NCBI GenBank assembly: GCA_963745075.1
Contig: CAVUWV010000015.1
Coordinates: 190,088-254,087, forward strand
Direction of reading: 5' to 3'
Length of the DNA: 64,000 nucleotides
Source: Candidatus Hydrogenedentota bacterium
GTDB taxonomy: Bacteria > Hydrogenedentota > Hydrogenedentia > Hydrogenedentales > SLHB01
The notes beneath the pieces are model-generated. The model was not told where the DNA came from, did not search any database, and saw nothing but the letters and a program-made list of their open reading frames with translations. The first letter of the stretch is position 1. Every line of letters starts with the position of its first letter. A program made the translations under genes and the position numbers. Positions 29,561 to 41,427 of this stretch are shown in pieces.

Positions 29561-31018
29561 CTAACGGGCTTGTATTTCCAACAAATCCAGCACGTCTGCC
29601 GCAGTGTACGACGTGGCGCCGTTGTGCAGATAGCGCCCGAGTGTCTCCAAACTGTCTCCTGCAGTAACGAGGGGGAGTTCGGTTGCCCCCGTTTTCTGAA
29701 CCTGACCGTAGCCAACCGCGGCGGAAAGCCCGTTGCACAAGCACTTACGGCCCTCGGTATCCGCCACATCGCCACCCTTTTTTGCGTATTCGTCCACCGG
29801 CTCGGCCGGACAGCGGTATCCAAGGGTGCCATCCGGCTTCTTATATACTTGCCGGAGATAGCCCAAATCGCAGAGGCGCTCCCTTTCTTCGTAGGCGCGG
29901 GCATCGGCGAGACTTTCCGGTACGTTTGCTACCTTGAAGGGGAACCCCGTCGGTGACGCTTTTGGATCGGTGAACACCGCAATGCTGCCGTCGGCAATAC
30001 GGCTCAAAACCGCCTTCTTAATCTCGGGCGTGAATCCCGACTCCTCGCAGAAGGCGAAGGCCGTGCCCACCTGAATCCCCTGGGCTCCGGCGTCCAACGC
30101 TTCCTGCAACCGCTCGGGCATGCCGTAGGAGCCGGCCAGCCAGAACGGCAACCCCAGGCTTCTGATTTTCTCGAGGTCCACCACGTCCTTGGGTCCGTAG
30201 ACCGGCTCGCCGGCCGGGCTGAGCGCGTCTTTGGCTCGCGGCGGCGCGTTATGTCCGCCGGCGGTGGGACCTTCCACGATGAACCCATCCACGCGCCCCG
30301 TGCTCTTCTTGATGAGCGCGATCGCCAAGACCGCGGACGAAATAATTCCCAGGAAACGGGGACGTTTCAGCGGCGGAAGGTCGTTGGGGATCAGTTGCTT
30401 GGGTTCGAACTCGGTAATGTATTCCTCTCCGTGATCCGCGCCGGTTACCGGGACCCGGAGACGGGCGGTTTCGTGTTGGGCGAACTTGTCGAGCACGCCG
30501 GGGATTTCCAGTGGAATGCCCGCCCCCATGAGTACGTAATCGACGCCGGCCAGCATGGCCCCGTACAACGTGGAGAGATTTGGCAGTAAGATCTTTTCGA
30601 GGAGGTTGAGGCCTACAACGCCGTCGTGCCCTTCTTTGGCCAGATAAACCTCGGTAAAGGCGGACGTTACGGTGAGTTCAAGCAGGTCCATGGCAGGGCG
30701 CAGCGTATACATCGGGTGGCGTTTGAAGGGAGCACCCGAGGGGATACCTCCCGACACGTACCAGCGGGACAATATCCGTTCTGCAATTTCCGGGGACGGG
30801 AATTGTTCGAGCGCCCGGCGAATGTGGCCGCCGGTGTCACCCGATTGCAGGCGGCGCGAAACGACGGTCGCTAACGCAGTGCCCGAGACTACACCAAGCT
30901 CTCCCCGCATCGAGACGGCCCTGGCCAGCGGCCAATGGGACACAGCGGCCCCCATACCTCCCTGAATGACGGTCGGGAATCGTTCCAAGAGTATTATCCT
31001 TTCCCCTGGGTCGGGCAT
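29561..31018 (-). CDS. Nitronate monooxygenase-family FMN oxidoreductase
   Basis: VIQGGMG, MGAGIP, VEGPTAGGHN, GIQVGTAF, SPTGFPFK and a Cys-rich C-terminus (CDLGYL, CPAEP, CLCNGL). Confidence 0.88.
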   Translation of the reverse strand: MPDPGERIILLERFPTVIQGGMGAAVSHWPLARAVSMRGELGVVSGTALATVVSRRLQSGDTGGHIRRALEQFPSPEIAERILSRWYVSGGIPSGAPFKRHPMYTLRPAMDLLELTVTSAFTEVYLAKEGHDGVVGLNLLEKILLPNLSTLYGAMLAGVDYVLMGAGIPLEIPGVLDKFAQHETARLRVPVTGADHGEEYITEFEPKQLIPNDLPPLKRPRFLGIISSAVLAIALIKKSTGRVDGFIVEGPTAGGHNAPPRAKDALSPAGEPVYGPKDVVDLEKIRSLGLPFWLAGSYGMPERLQEALDAGAQGIQVGTAFAFCEESGFTPEIKKAVLSRIADGSIAVFTDPKASPTGFPFKVANVPESLADARAYEERERLCDLGYLRQVYKKPDGTLGYRCPAEPVDEYAKKGGDVADTEGRKCLCNGLSAAVGYGQVQKTGATELPLVTAGDSLETLGRYLHNGATSYTAADVLDLLEIQAR

Positions 31019-31953
31019 CTGTGTTGCGCAATGCGGGTGCGCCAGGCGGGTGTGCGATGGCGCATGCGCCTCCCCCGAGGACATGCGTGGCATTCTCGCA
31101 TCAGATGGTGATTCTCAAATATCTGCCCTATTATCCGCTACTGGGCATCGGGAATCAATGTTTCAAAGCCAAACCCGGCGGCATACGGCTGGGTCAACGG
31201 CGGGGTGCTCTCTGGGGCGGCGGCGAGATTTGGCGGAGTTCCTCGATCGTGATGCTACCGTCACGATCGACGTCGGCTTCCATCATGCGATGCCGCAATT
31301 GCTCAGGAATCTCGGTTAGTTCGTTCGGCGTGAGTCCTTGGTTCCCATCCTCGTCAAAACGCCGCATGAGTTCCACCGGCTCTTCGATTTTGACCGGGAA
31401 GCGCCGGCCGTCGCCGGAATCGTCCGAATCGAACGCGCCAAGGAGCTTATCGCGTGCGTGCTCCCATTCTTCGCGAGTCATCGTGCCGTCATTGTTCGTA
31501 TCGGCCAGGATCGCGGCGCGCCGCCGCCTTATCGGGAATTCCGTCACGGAAAGAACGCCATCGTGGTTCTTGTCGCCGATGGCGAGAAGTTCGTCGAACA
31601 GGGGCGACTCCGGATTGGATTGTGCCCGGTTCGCGGTGGCGCCGGGAGATTTTCGCAGGTAGCCGATCGTGATTCCCACGATCGCCAGGAGGCAGACCAC
31701 GGCCGCTGCGCTCCACCGGAGCAGGCGACGTGAGGGCCGGGCGGTAAGCGGGTCGGCTTCCACAGCGTCCGGCGACGCAACCGCGCGACCGTCCATAGGG
31801 GTTGTCTTCGCAAGAGCAGCGTCGTCGCGGCCGGACAGCAACCGCTCGATCGCCGCGATGGTTTCCTGCGCCGATGAGCACCGGTTCGCCGGATCTTTGG
31901 CCAGCAAACTCGATACGAAATCTTGGAGCCCCGGCGCCACGTCGGCGACATAC

Positions 31954-33278
31954 CAGGGCAATCGCATTAAAAGTCATACCTGCATGAGGAGTTCCTCGAG
32001 GTAGTCGTTGTTCCATGCGGCTTGCTTTCGTTTTCCCTTTACGCCGCGTTTACTGGACTTGTTTCTCTTGACGGTGTTGAGGGCAATCTTGCGGATGGTG
32101 TTCATGTTTTCGGCGGCGTGTCCGATTCGTATTCGGGACTGGTCTTCGTTGAAGGCCACGTCGAGCACCCAATGCAGGCTGTTCTCGATGCCCCAGTGGC
32201 TTCGGATGCTTTGTGCAATGGTGGCCACATCCTCATCCTTGGCGCTGGTGATGAAGTAGCGGTCTTCGACGGACGTGTCTGCCTTAAGGGTCCGTGTGGC
32301 GCGGCACATCACCATGCCACGCAATCCAGGCCATTTGTCGGCCGTGCCCAGACCCGCGATGTCCTGGGTATACCAGTACTGGCGCTGCTCGATGCGCCCG
32401 TGCCCCTTGTCCAGCGTCTCGTGGTAGTGGTGCTCCATGTGGGCGAAGCCGTCGGCCATGGCGTGCTTGAATTCCATTTCGACGTCCTCGGCCAGGGTCT
32501 CCTGGTTGCCTTTTACGGCCAGCAAGTAGTCGGCGTGGGCGTCGATGATGGTCTTGGCGATCCCGCGCTGACATCCCATCGCGTCGATGGTGACCAGACA
32601 GCCCTTCAGGTCCAACTGGCGTACGAGTTCGGGAATGGCGGTGATCTCGTTGGACTTCTCGTCCACCGTAACCTGCCCCAAGGCCAAGGAAGATTCGCGT
32701 GCCCACGCGCTCACTACATGGATGGCCTTCTTTCCCCTGCCCTGGTCATGGGAACGCCGGGCCGTCTTGCCGTCGATGGCTACTAGGCCCCGGACCCGCC
32801 CCTGAATGGCTTTCACCCACTCCCGGAAGGCTTCCTCGAATTGGTCGGGGTCCAGCAAGCTGAAGACCCGGCCAAAGGTGTCGTGAGAGGGGATACCATT
32901 GGGGAGCTTGAGGAAGGTGCGCAGCCAATCCTGCTTGGCGTGGCCGAAGTCGGCGATCTCCGTCCAGCTATCGGCGCCGGCGATGGCGGCACAGACGGCG
33001 ATGGCCATGATGTCGAGCAAGCTATGCTGCTTCTTGCGGTCCAAGCGGGGGTCCTCGACGCGCCCGAAACACGAAATGAATACGCTGCCATTTTCCGTCA
33101 TTGGGTTCAATCTCCCTCGTGGTTTGGTTTCCGGGGAGAGGATATGTTTTCAGATAGTTATATATCAAACTACTATTACTTCGCAGATCGATCCCTCCTG
33201 GGAATTCAAGCGGAATACACGGGGTCACGGACGCGGAGGTGTAGCTAGCGGCGCAGAACTTTTAATGCGATTGCCCTA
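31954..33278 (-). mobile_element. ISAs1-family insertion sequence, 1325 bp
   Basis: Inverted repeats (C/T)AGGGCAATCGCATTAAAAGT at both ends; 10 bp target duplication GGCGACATAC at 31944-31953 and 33279-33288. Confidence 0.95.
31974..33110 (-). CDS. ISAs1-family transposase
   Basis: DPR, GIPSHDTFGRV, AIDGKTAR, KSNEITAIP, TIDAMGCQ, VKGNQ, HGRIEQR, HWGIENSLHWVLDV. Confidence 0.96.
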   Translation of the reverse strand: MNPMTENGSVFISCFGRVEDPRLDRKKQHSLLDIMAIAVCAAIAGADSWTEIADFGHAKQDWLRTFLKLPNGIPSHDTFGRVFSLLDPDQFEEAFREWVKAIQGRVRGLVAIDGKTARRSHDQGRGKKAIHVVSAWARESSLALGQVTVDEKSNEITAIPELVRQLDLKGCLVTIDAMGCQRGIAKTIIDAHADYLLAVKGNQETLAEDVEMEFKHAMADGFAHMEHHYHETLDKGHGRIEQRQYWYTQDIAGLGTADKWPGLRGMVMCRATRTLKADTSVEDRYFITSAKDEDVATIAQSIRSHWGIENSLHWVLDVAFNEDQSRIRIGHAAENMNTIRKIALNTVKRNKSSKRGVKGKRKQAAWNNDYLEELLMQV

Positions 33279-34109
33279 GGCGACATACCGGGTGAGCGGT
33301 TCCGGCGCGTCTTTGGTAATTTTGAAAATCAGGCTGGCGGGGGTGTCGCCCTGGAAGGGCGTGCGCCCCGTGAGTAGTTCGTAAACGGTGACCCCCAACG
33401 AAAACAGGTCGCTGCGGGGGCCAACCTCGCCGACACCGCATTGTTCGGGAGACATGTATTGGGGCGTACCGATGAATGTTCCGTCTGCGGTGAGTTGAGT
33501 CGCCGCCTGAGTGACCTTCGCAACGCCGAAATCCGTGACGCGCACGCGCCCTTGGTGGTCGACCAGGATGTTGGCCGGCTTAATATCGCGGTGAACGATG
33601 CCGTGCCCGTGGGCGCAATCCAACGCCGCGGCTACTTGCTGGACGATGCGCAGCGCCTCGTCCCACCGCATGGCGCCGCCCTGCCGCAGAAGGTCGTCCA
33701 GGGGTGTGCCGTCCACATATTCCATGGCGATATAGGGTAGCGTGTTGTCCAGCCGTACGCCGTAGATTTGGACGATATTCGGATGGCTGAGTTTGGCCGC
33801 CGCCTTGGCTTCACGCTCAAAGCGCTCGAGAATCCCGGGCTGCCCCGCCAGCATTTGCAGCAAGACCTTAATCGCAGCGGGACGGTCGAGCGTCACATCC
33901 TGGGCGAGGTACACGGCGCCCATGCCGCCTTTACCGAGGCAGCGGCGAATGGCGTAGTGGTCAACCTGTTGTCCTGAGAGGTCGTTCGGGTCGCGTTCTG
34001 CCATGCTTATCCTCGTGTTGTCGCGCCATGGTAGCAAGTGCCGCGTGGGCCCACAACCGTTTTACGCGGTGGGTCGACGTAGCGTGGTTCCGTGGGTATA
34101 CTCTTGCGC

Positions 34110-34481
34110 ATGAAAGAGCACAACCCACGGTTCGAGTCATTGGTGGACGAAGCCCGCGGCCGCATTCGCGAATGTACGGTCGAGGACGTATGGAAACGCG
34201 TCGGCGAGGGCGAGAAGTTTAACCTCATCGACGTGAGGGAGGAATCGGAGTTTCACGAAGGTCATCTCCCGCACGCGCGGCTTTTGGGCAAGGGCATTAT
34301 CGAGCGGGACATCGAAACCGAATTTCCCGATCTCGAAGCGGAATTGGTCCTCTACTGCGGTGGCGGGTACCGTTCCGTCCTGGCCGCGGACAACCTGCGC
34401 CGCATGGGATACGCAAATGTGATATCCATGGACGGCGGGATTCGCGGTTGGAAAGACGCGGGCTATCCGATCGAGGCTTGA
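34110..34481 (+). CDS. Single-domain rhodanese-like sulfurtransferase
   Basis: LIDVREESEF..GHLP, YCGGGYRS, MDGGIRGW. Confidence 0.92.
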   Translation: MKEHNPRFESLVDEARGRIRECTVEDVWKRVGEGEKFNLIDVREESEFHEGHLPHARLLGKGIIERDIETEFPDLEAELVLYCGGGYRSVLAADNLRRMGYANVISMDGGIRGWKDAGYPIEA

Positions 34482-34488
34482 TTGGCGC

Positions 34489-35517
34489 TTATGCGTACAG
34501 GGCCGCCATGGCATCTTCGATGAACTCGGGTGCGATCGGTTCGATGTCGACCACGCTGAAGAAGAGCCCGGCATCGTCCTTGAAGTGCTTTAGATTGACC
34601 AGACAGTCGCGGATTTCGTCCGGGGTGGCGTCCTCGCACCGGTATCGAAGCCCCACGCGTTTAACGAGGTCGGCGATCCAGTCATGGTTGTTCTGCTGCA
34701 GGCGTGACATCAGGAAGATGCCCAAGCCGACGAGATCGCCGTGTATGAAATGACGTTGCGTTGCGCGTTCGATGGCGTAGGCGACGATGTGCTCCGAGCC
34801 TTCCTCGGGCCGGCTGGTCCCGATGCGCGCGCAGAATTCGACTTCCCGGCGGAACAGGTCCACCACCGTGTCGATGCCCTTGGGGCTCACCGCATGAATT
34901 TCCGTGGCGCTTCGATCCAGTTCTTCGAGACAATCCCGTGCGAGTTGGGCGACCTCCTCGTCGTAGGCTTCGCCATGCTGGTCGCGGGCCAACGCCCAAT
35001 CGTGGAGGGCCGTGTGAATGCTGGCGATGTCGCAAGCGCCCGCCCGGTTCAATACGGGAGGCGCCGCCTGGATCAGGTCGTAGTCGATGAGGAGTTCTTC
35101 GGGAAAGATGTCGCCGACGTACTGCACCGTATTGTCGACGCGCACGGCGACCGTGTTAGTAAGCGCCGCATCGACCGAGATGATGGAGGGCACGAGCACC
35201 ATTCGGCACCCGCGTTTCCAGGCCAGGTACTTCGCGGTATCCATACATGAACCGCCGCCGACTCCCACCACGACATCGAACTCCGGCAGTTCACGCTCAG
35301 TCCGTTCGACGACGGGGAGGTCCATGCCCCCGACAAGATGCACGCGATCCGGTTTCCAACGAGTCTTTTCCTGCAGGACTTTCCACGGTAATTCCATGGT
35401 TACCGCTACGACCCGTCCCGGAATATCGGCGAGCTTTTGCGCCGTTCCGCGACCGGATTCAATCAATGGCGCTTTGTACAGCATCGGTGTCATTCCTGAT
35501 GTTTGAGGGTGCCACAT
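34489..35517 (-). CDS. sn-glycerol-1-phosphate dehydrogenase-like protein (EgsA/AraM; Fe-ADH/DHQ synthase superfamily)
   Basis: GVGGGSCMDTAKY, VPSIISVDA, NRAGACD, SRPEEGSEH, HGDLV. Confidence 0.78.
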   Translation of the reverse strand: MWHPQTSGMTPMLYKAPLIESGRGTAQKLADIPGRVVAVTMELPWKVLQEKTRWKPDRVHLVGGMDLPVVERTERELPEFDVVVGVGGGSCMDTAKYLAWKRGCRMVLVPSIISVDAALTNTVAVRVDNTVQYVGDIFPEELLIDYDLIQAAPPVLNRAGACDIASIHTALHDWALARDQHGEAYDEEVAQLARDCLEELDRSATEIHAVSPKGIDTVVDLFRREVEFCARIGTSRPEEGSEHIVAYAIERATQRHFIHGDLVGLGIFLMSRLQQNNHDWIADLVKRVGLRYRCEDATPDEIRDCLVNLKHFKDDAGLFFSVVDIEPIAPEFIEDAMAALYA

Positions 35518-35577
35518 GACAGTTCGTGGAAGCGTAGCACAGTGAAGGCCGGTCGTAAAGGTTTACCAACACCCGGT

Positions 35578-35606
35578 TTGACTTGTGTGTGGTTTCGTGG
35601 TAAAGT
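35578..35606 (+). promoter_or_regulatory. Sigma70-type promoter upstream of dnaG
   Basis: TTGACT, 17 bp spacer, (TGG)TAAAGT extended -10. Confidence 0.5.
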
Positions 35607-35732
35607 TTCGGCAGATTGACACCTCAGAGGTGTATTCTGTCCGTTTGTGAATACACGGTGCTTGACGGTGCAGCGGCACGGCGGTGTTTTCGGCGTCTAA
35701 CATGTTACATTTTAACCTGTTACGGAATTCAA

Positions 35733-37482
35733 TTGGCTAAATACTCTCGCGAAATCGTCACGCAGGTTCTTGCCGCGACGGACATCGTTGAAATCGTCGG
35801 GGCATCCTTAGAATTAAAGCCTTCCGGAACAAATCGCTACGTAGGCCTTTGTCCCTTTCATGTAGAGAAGACTCCCTCGTTTCATGTAAGCCGTGACCGG
35901 CAGCAGTTTTACTGCTTTGGATGTGAGAAAGGGGGCGATGCCATCGCCTTCGTGCGCGAGTTCGAGGGGCTGAGTTTCATTGAAGCCCTGCGAAAACTGG
36001 CGGATCGCGCCCATATCCAGCTTCCGGCCATGACGGAACGGGAGGGCAAAGAAGAGTTTCTTCGCGCCCGGCTCATCGAGCTGGGCGCGTTTGCGTCCCG
36101 ATATTTCATTGAAAATTTGAAGAATCCGCTCAAAGGCGGCAAAGCCCGGCAGTATCTGAAAACGCGGAATCTGAAGGACGAGACGACCCGGAAGTTCGGC
36201 ATCGGCTTCGCTCCGGATGCGTGGTCCGAATTCCGGGATGCGGCGCGTACCAAAGGGTTCACGGAACGGGAACTGGACGCGTCCGGGCTGGTCAAACGCG
36301 GCGAGCGCGGGTCGTACTACGACACATTTCGCGACCGGCTGATGGTGCCGATTCGCGATGTATCGGGCAATGTTTGCGCCTTTGGCGGACGGGACTTGTC
36401 CGGCGACTCTCAGGCCAAGTACATCAATTCGCCGGAAACGGTGTTGTACAAGAAGAGCCGCGTGCTGTACGGGCTTCACGAGGCGCGCGACGCATTGCGT
36501 AAGGAAAAATTCGCACTCCTTGTCGAGGGTTACTTCGACCTGATGCGTTGCGTCGATTCGGGCATTGCAAACGTGGTCGCGACTTGCGGCACGGCTTTGA
36601 CCCCGGAACAAGCGGCCCTGATTCGACGGTATGTGCCGGAAGTGGTCGTTGTGTTCGACGGCGACGCGGCCGGAGTCCGGGCGGCCCTGCGCGGGATCGC
36701 CATTTTGACGGCGGCCGGATTGACGGTGCGGGCCTTGGCCTTACCGGGAGGACAGGACCCGGATGATTTTATCCAGGAACATGGAGTCGAAGAATTCCAT
36801 AAACTTGTGGATGATTCTCTCGACTTCGTGACGTTTTATATAAGGATGAACCACGAGCGGCTCGGCACGATTGAAGGGCGGTCGGACGTGGCCAAGGAGG
36901 TGTTCACCATCGTGCAGAGCGTGGACGACGTGCTGCGCGTGGAGGAGTACCTGAAGCGAGTCGCGAGCGAATTGGACGTGGACGTCTCGGAACGTGCGCC
37001 GCGAATTCGAAAACATGCTTCGGAATCGCAGGCAGGGCTCGGGCCGTCCGGAGCAGACCGACGAGGCGCCGAAAGGCCGCGTCAAGCAGGACGACTGCGA
37101 TTTTATCGCCGTCGTCCTGAATGCGGAGCCCCTGCGCGAGCGGGTCCGGGCGGAGCTGAAGGGCATTGCCCTGAAACCGAGCGCCCTGACCCAGGTATTA
37201 AAGGGCGTATTGGACGGCGATGTCGTCCAGTTTGACGATGAAAACGCCGCGGCACTGTACGCCGCCGCCGTGAACCGGCACGAGAGCTGGTCGGACCGGG
37301 CGGAAGCGCTGGTGGACAAACGGATTGTCAGTCTCAAGCGGCAGGCGTTGCTCGAACAAGAGCAGGACCTGGAGCGGGCGATCCGCGAGGCCAAACAGGC
37401 CAAAGACGTAGCACGCGAAACGGAGCTGTCGATGCGGCGGATAGGCATACGAAAAGCAATAGATGGGCTTGGGGCCGCCTAG
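35733..37482 (+). CDS. dnaG: DNA primase (one apparent frameshift near 36990)
   Basis: CPFH..KTPSF...CFGC zinc finger, FRDRLM.P, KYINSPET, VEGYFD, FDGDAAG, DPDD. The C-terminus continues in the 36994-37482 frame. Confidence 0.95.
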
Positions 37483-37504
37483 GCGGCACGGTCCGAGGTG
37501 AATC

Positions 37505-37682
37505 CGATATTCGAAGCACGAAATCCGAAACAAATCCGAATGGCACAAACTCAAATGAGCGAAACCGCTCGTTCTTCGGACGGCGTTCGCGAGCCATGGC
37601 CTCGGTCGGGAATGTCGTTTGGATAATTTGAAATTTGGTCATTCGTGCTTGTTTCGAATTTGGGAATTCGGATTTCGAATTT
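37505..37682. repeat. Degenerate ~7-mer repeat element (AAATCCG/AAGCACG; TTCGGAT/TTCGAAT) in inverted arrangement between dnaG and rpoD
   Basis: ATTCGAAGCACGAAATCCGAAACAAATCCGAA on the left and ATTCGTGCTTGTTTCGAATTTGGGAATTCGGATTTCGAATTT on the right. Confidence 0.7.
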
Positions 37683-37752
37683 GGTTAGAGCGTTTAAGTC
37701 ACCGCGTGTGGCAAAAAAAATTTGATGACAGAATTGGCGGTACCCAAGAATC

Positions 37753-39554
<1,802 letters not shown>

Positions 39555-39605
39555 CGGCGTCTCCGTTCCGCGAAGGAATTCGGGGTGTTGTTTCGAAGCC
39601 AAGGC

Positions 39606-39884
39606 AACATCCCCCTTAGATCCCCCTTCAAAGGGGGAGTAGGTCGCAACGCTTTGCGTTCCGAACGTGATCGGCGAAAACCAGAGTCCCGGGGATCTCG
39701 TGCGGGGTACAAAGAAGAGACGTCGGTTGACACGATTCACGTTTTGAACGGGGAGGGAATCGCAACGCATCGCGTTGCGATTTGGGGAACGAAAGTCCTA
39801 GTTTCGGAGAACGCGAACGGCGCGCCGTCACGAAGACGCAGGTGTGCGCAATTCCCCCTTTGAAGGGGGATCTAGGGGGATGTT
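39606..39884. repeat. Inverted-repeat-bounded element (REP pair or MITE-like), copy 2
   Basis: AACATCCCCCTTAGATCCCCCTTCAAAGGGGGA (39606-39638) and a near-perfect reverse complement (39853-39884); same family as 14723-14958. Confidence 0.85.
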
Positions 39885-39929
39885 CCGGGAATGTTGCCGC
39901 CATCGCTACGGCGGTCGAACGTCTTCCCG

Positions 39930-39993
39930 TTTCGGGATTGGGCCCTTAGAACATTTGAATTTTTTCGGATTTCGTGCTTCGGATTTCGAATTT
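39930..39993. repeat. Degenerate ~7-mer repeat tract, same family as 37505-37682
   Basis: TTCGGATTTCGTGCTTCGGATTTCGAATTT. Confidence 0.65.
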
Positions 39994-40090
39994 GGGGCGC
40001 GGCACCAACGCGATCAACGTCGCACAACCGAGCCGCTCCAACCGAATCCCAACCCCCCGAAATCCCCCAACCCCCCGCGCCCCCTCTTTT

Positions 40091-40164
40091 GGGCCCGTAG
40101 CTCAGTTGGTTAGAGCAGGTGACTCATAATCACTTGGTCGTAGGTTCGAGTCCTACCGGGCCCA
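40091..40164 (+). tRNA. tRNA with CAT anticodon, most likely tRNA-Ile2 (lysidine) rather than Met
   Basis: GGGCCCG acceptor stem pairs with CGGGCCC+A; D-arm TAGCTCAGTTGGTTAGAGCA; anticodon arm GGTGA-CTCATAA-TCACT; T-loop GGTTCGAGTCC. The position after rpoD fits Ile2. CCA is not encoded. Confidence 0.93.
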
Positions 40165-40190
40165 CTTTTTGAAAGCCGCTGGCAGAGTGA

Positions 40191-40273
40191 ATGTAGCGCA
40201 GGCGTCCCCGCCTGCATCCTTTGCCGCGCCTTGAGCACCCTAAGGAATGCAGGCGAGGACGCCTGCGCTACAT
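40191..40273. repeat. GTAG-foot REP doublet (27 bp inverted arms)
   Basis: ATGTAGCGCAGGCGTCCCCGCCTGCAT and ATGCAGGCGAGGACGCCTGCGCTACAT, one mismatch. Confidence 0.8.
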
Positions 40274-40666
40274 GTGACCGATCAGATTTTCTTGTTTACC
40301 AGTCTGTGCTTCTCACCAGCGGCGAAAACCTGCCCCAGGAAATCCACCGGTACGAGCCCCTTCTCGAAAAGGTCGCCGCCGACCCCGACGACCCCGTCCG
40401 CCGCAACCTCGCCCACGACAATTTCGTCCACCTCATGACCGGCCTCGCCAAACAGCGCCAGGCAATAGTGACCGCCCAAGGCTGATCCCCGCCGCAGGCT
40501 CCGCCCTCACCGGCCTCACCCTCAACCCCGGCTATGAGTTTGGCGAACAGACTCACACGGGGGACAGGACGGAGTCGTTTTATCTGGAGCACCGACCGTA
40601 AGGGGGGGCCGCTAGGTAGCAGAAACCGCTTCCACAGCGTAGCCCGCGTTCGGCAACAACATTCAA

Positions 40667-40705
40667 AATCACTTGGTCGCAGGTTGGAGTCCTACCGCGC
40701 CCACT
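40667..40705 (+). mobile_element. Degenerate duplicate of the tRNA 3' half (att-like site)
   Basis: AATCACTTGGTCGCAGGTTGGAGTCCTACCGCGCCCACT matches tRNA positions 40128-40166 at 36 of 39 bases. Confidence 0.85.
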
Positions 40706-40829
40706 CTTAAGTATCTAAGCACTAAGAAGTTAAAATCTTAGCTTCTTGGTGCTTCATGTTTTTGGATGACTACCTCTTGACTACTAAAAAATAGGCCCAG
40801 ATTGTGTCAAATGCAGGATGTAACATAAT

Positions 40830-40858
40830 TTGACACTTCCTATATGTTGTGGTACCAT
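40830..40858 (+). promoter_or_regulatory. Near-consensus sigma70 promoter in the low-GC segment, with the -35 overlapped by an inverted repeat
   Basis: TTGACA, 17 bp spacer, (TGG)TACCAT. Inverted repeat GTGTCAAAT (40804-40812) and ATTTGACAC (40828-40836). Confidence 0.55.
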
Positions 40859-41427
40859 TATTGTGATACAAGATGCTGTGAGTTGCAACCAAACGAAAAG
40901 GGTAAGCCAATGAACTTCAAGGAAATACCGAGCTGGGGCTATGCTGACACGTGGATGCGCGTAATCGATTCCAAGGGACAAGATCTACGCTGTGGGGCAT
41001 CAAAATGATTCCGGTTTCCGAAGGCTAAGAAATGAATCCGGTGGCGAACACCTGGTTTTTGAATCCTTAGATCCAATCGATCATGATGAGTTTCAACTAA
41101 AATAACGCCCCTCATACGATGCAGACGAAGGTTGGTCTGTGGGTAGATCTCAAGTGCCACCACATCGTTCAGTGAAATATATGCCAGGACATCGTTCAGA
41201 AAAGAAGAGAAAAGAAGGGACAGACCACGAATTTGCGAGCAATTAGTGGATACGGAACCGCGTTTGACCGGCCCGGAAAACTGACCGATGCCGGTACCGT
41301 ATCGGCAGGATTCGGCCTCCTCGCGGTGATCAATAAGTATTCACCGATTCAATCGATGCTTGGAGTAGACGATGCAATGTTCCGCCCCTACAGGGCTGTG
41401 CAGTCGGGGTCCCGTAACCTGGGCCAC

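Larger units (their letters stand above)
31194..34004 (-). pseudogene. Membrane-anchored Ser/Thr protein kinase with four C-terminal EF-hands, interrupted by an ISAs1 element
   Basis: The 5' part (33279-34004) has GKGGMGAVY, AAIK, HRDIKPAN, DFG and GTPQYMSPE. The 3' part (31194-31943) has LLAKDPANR, a transmembrane helix and four EF-hand-like loops. Removing the IS and one target duplication restores a 491-aa frame (PLTRYVADVAPG). Confidence 0.9.

Noticed and set aside
40667..40705. Second tRNA gene
   Set aside because: Only the 3' half is present and the T-loop is mutated (GGTTGGA); treated as an att-like duplicate.
41095..41170. Possible tyrosine integrase remnant (TPH-like and VDL-like fragments) near the att copy
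   Set aside because: No single frame gives the H-x-x-R...LGH...Y signature; too weak to call by eye.
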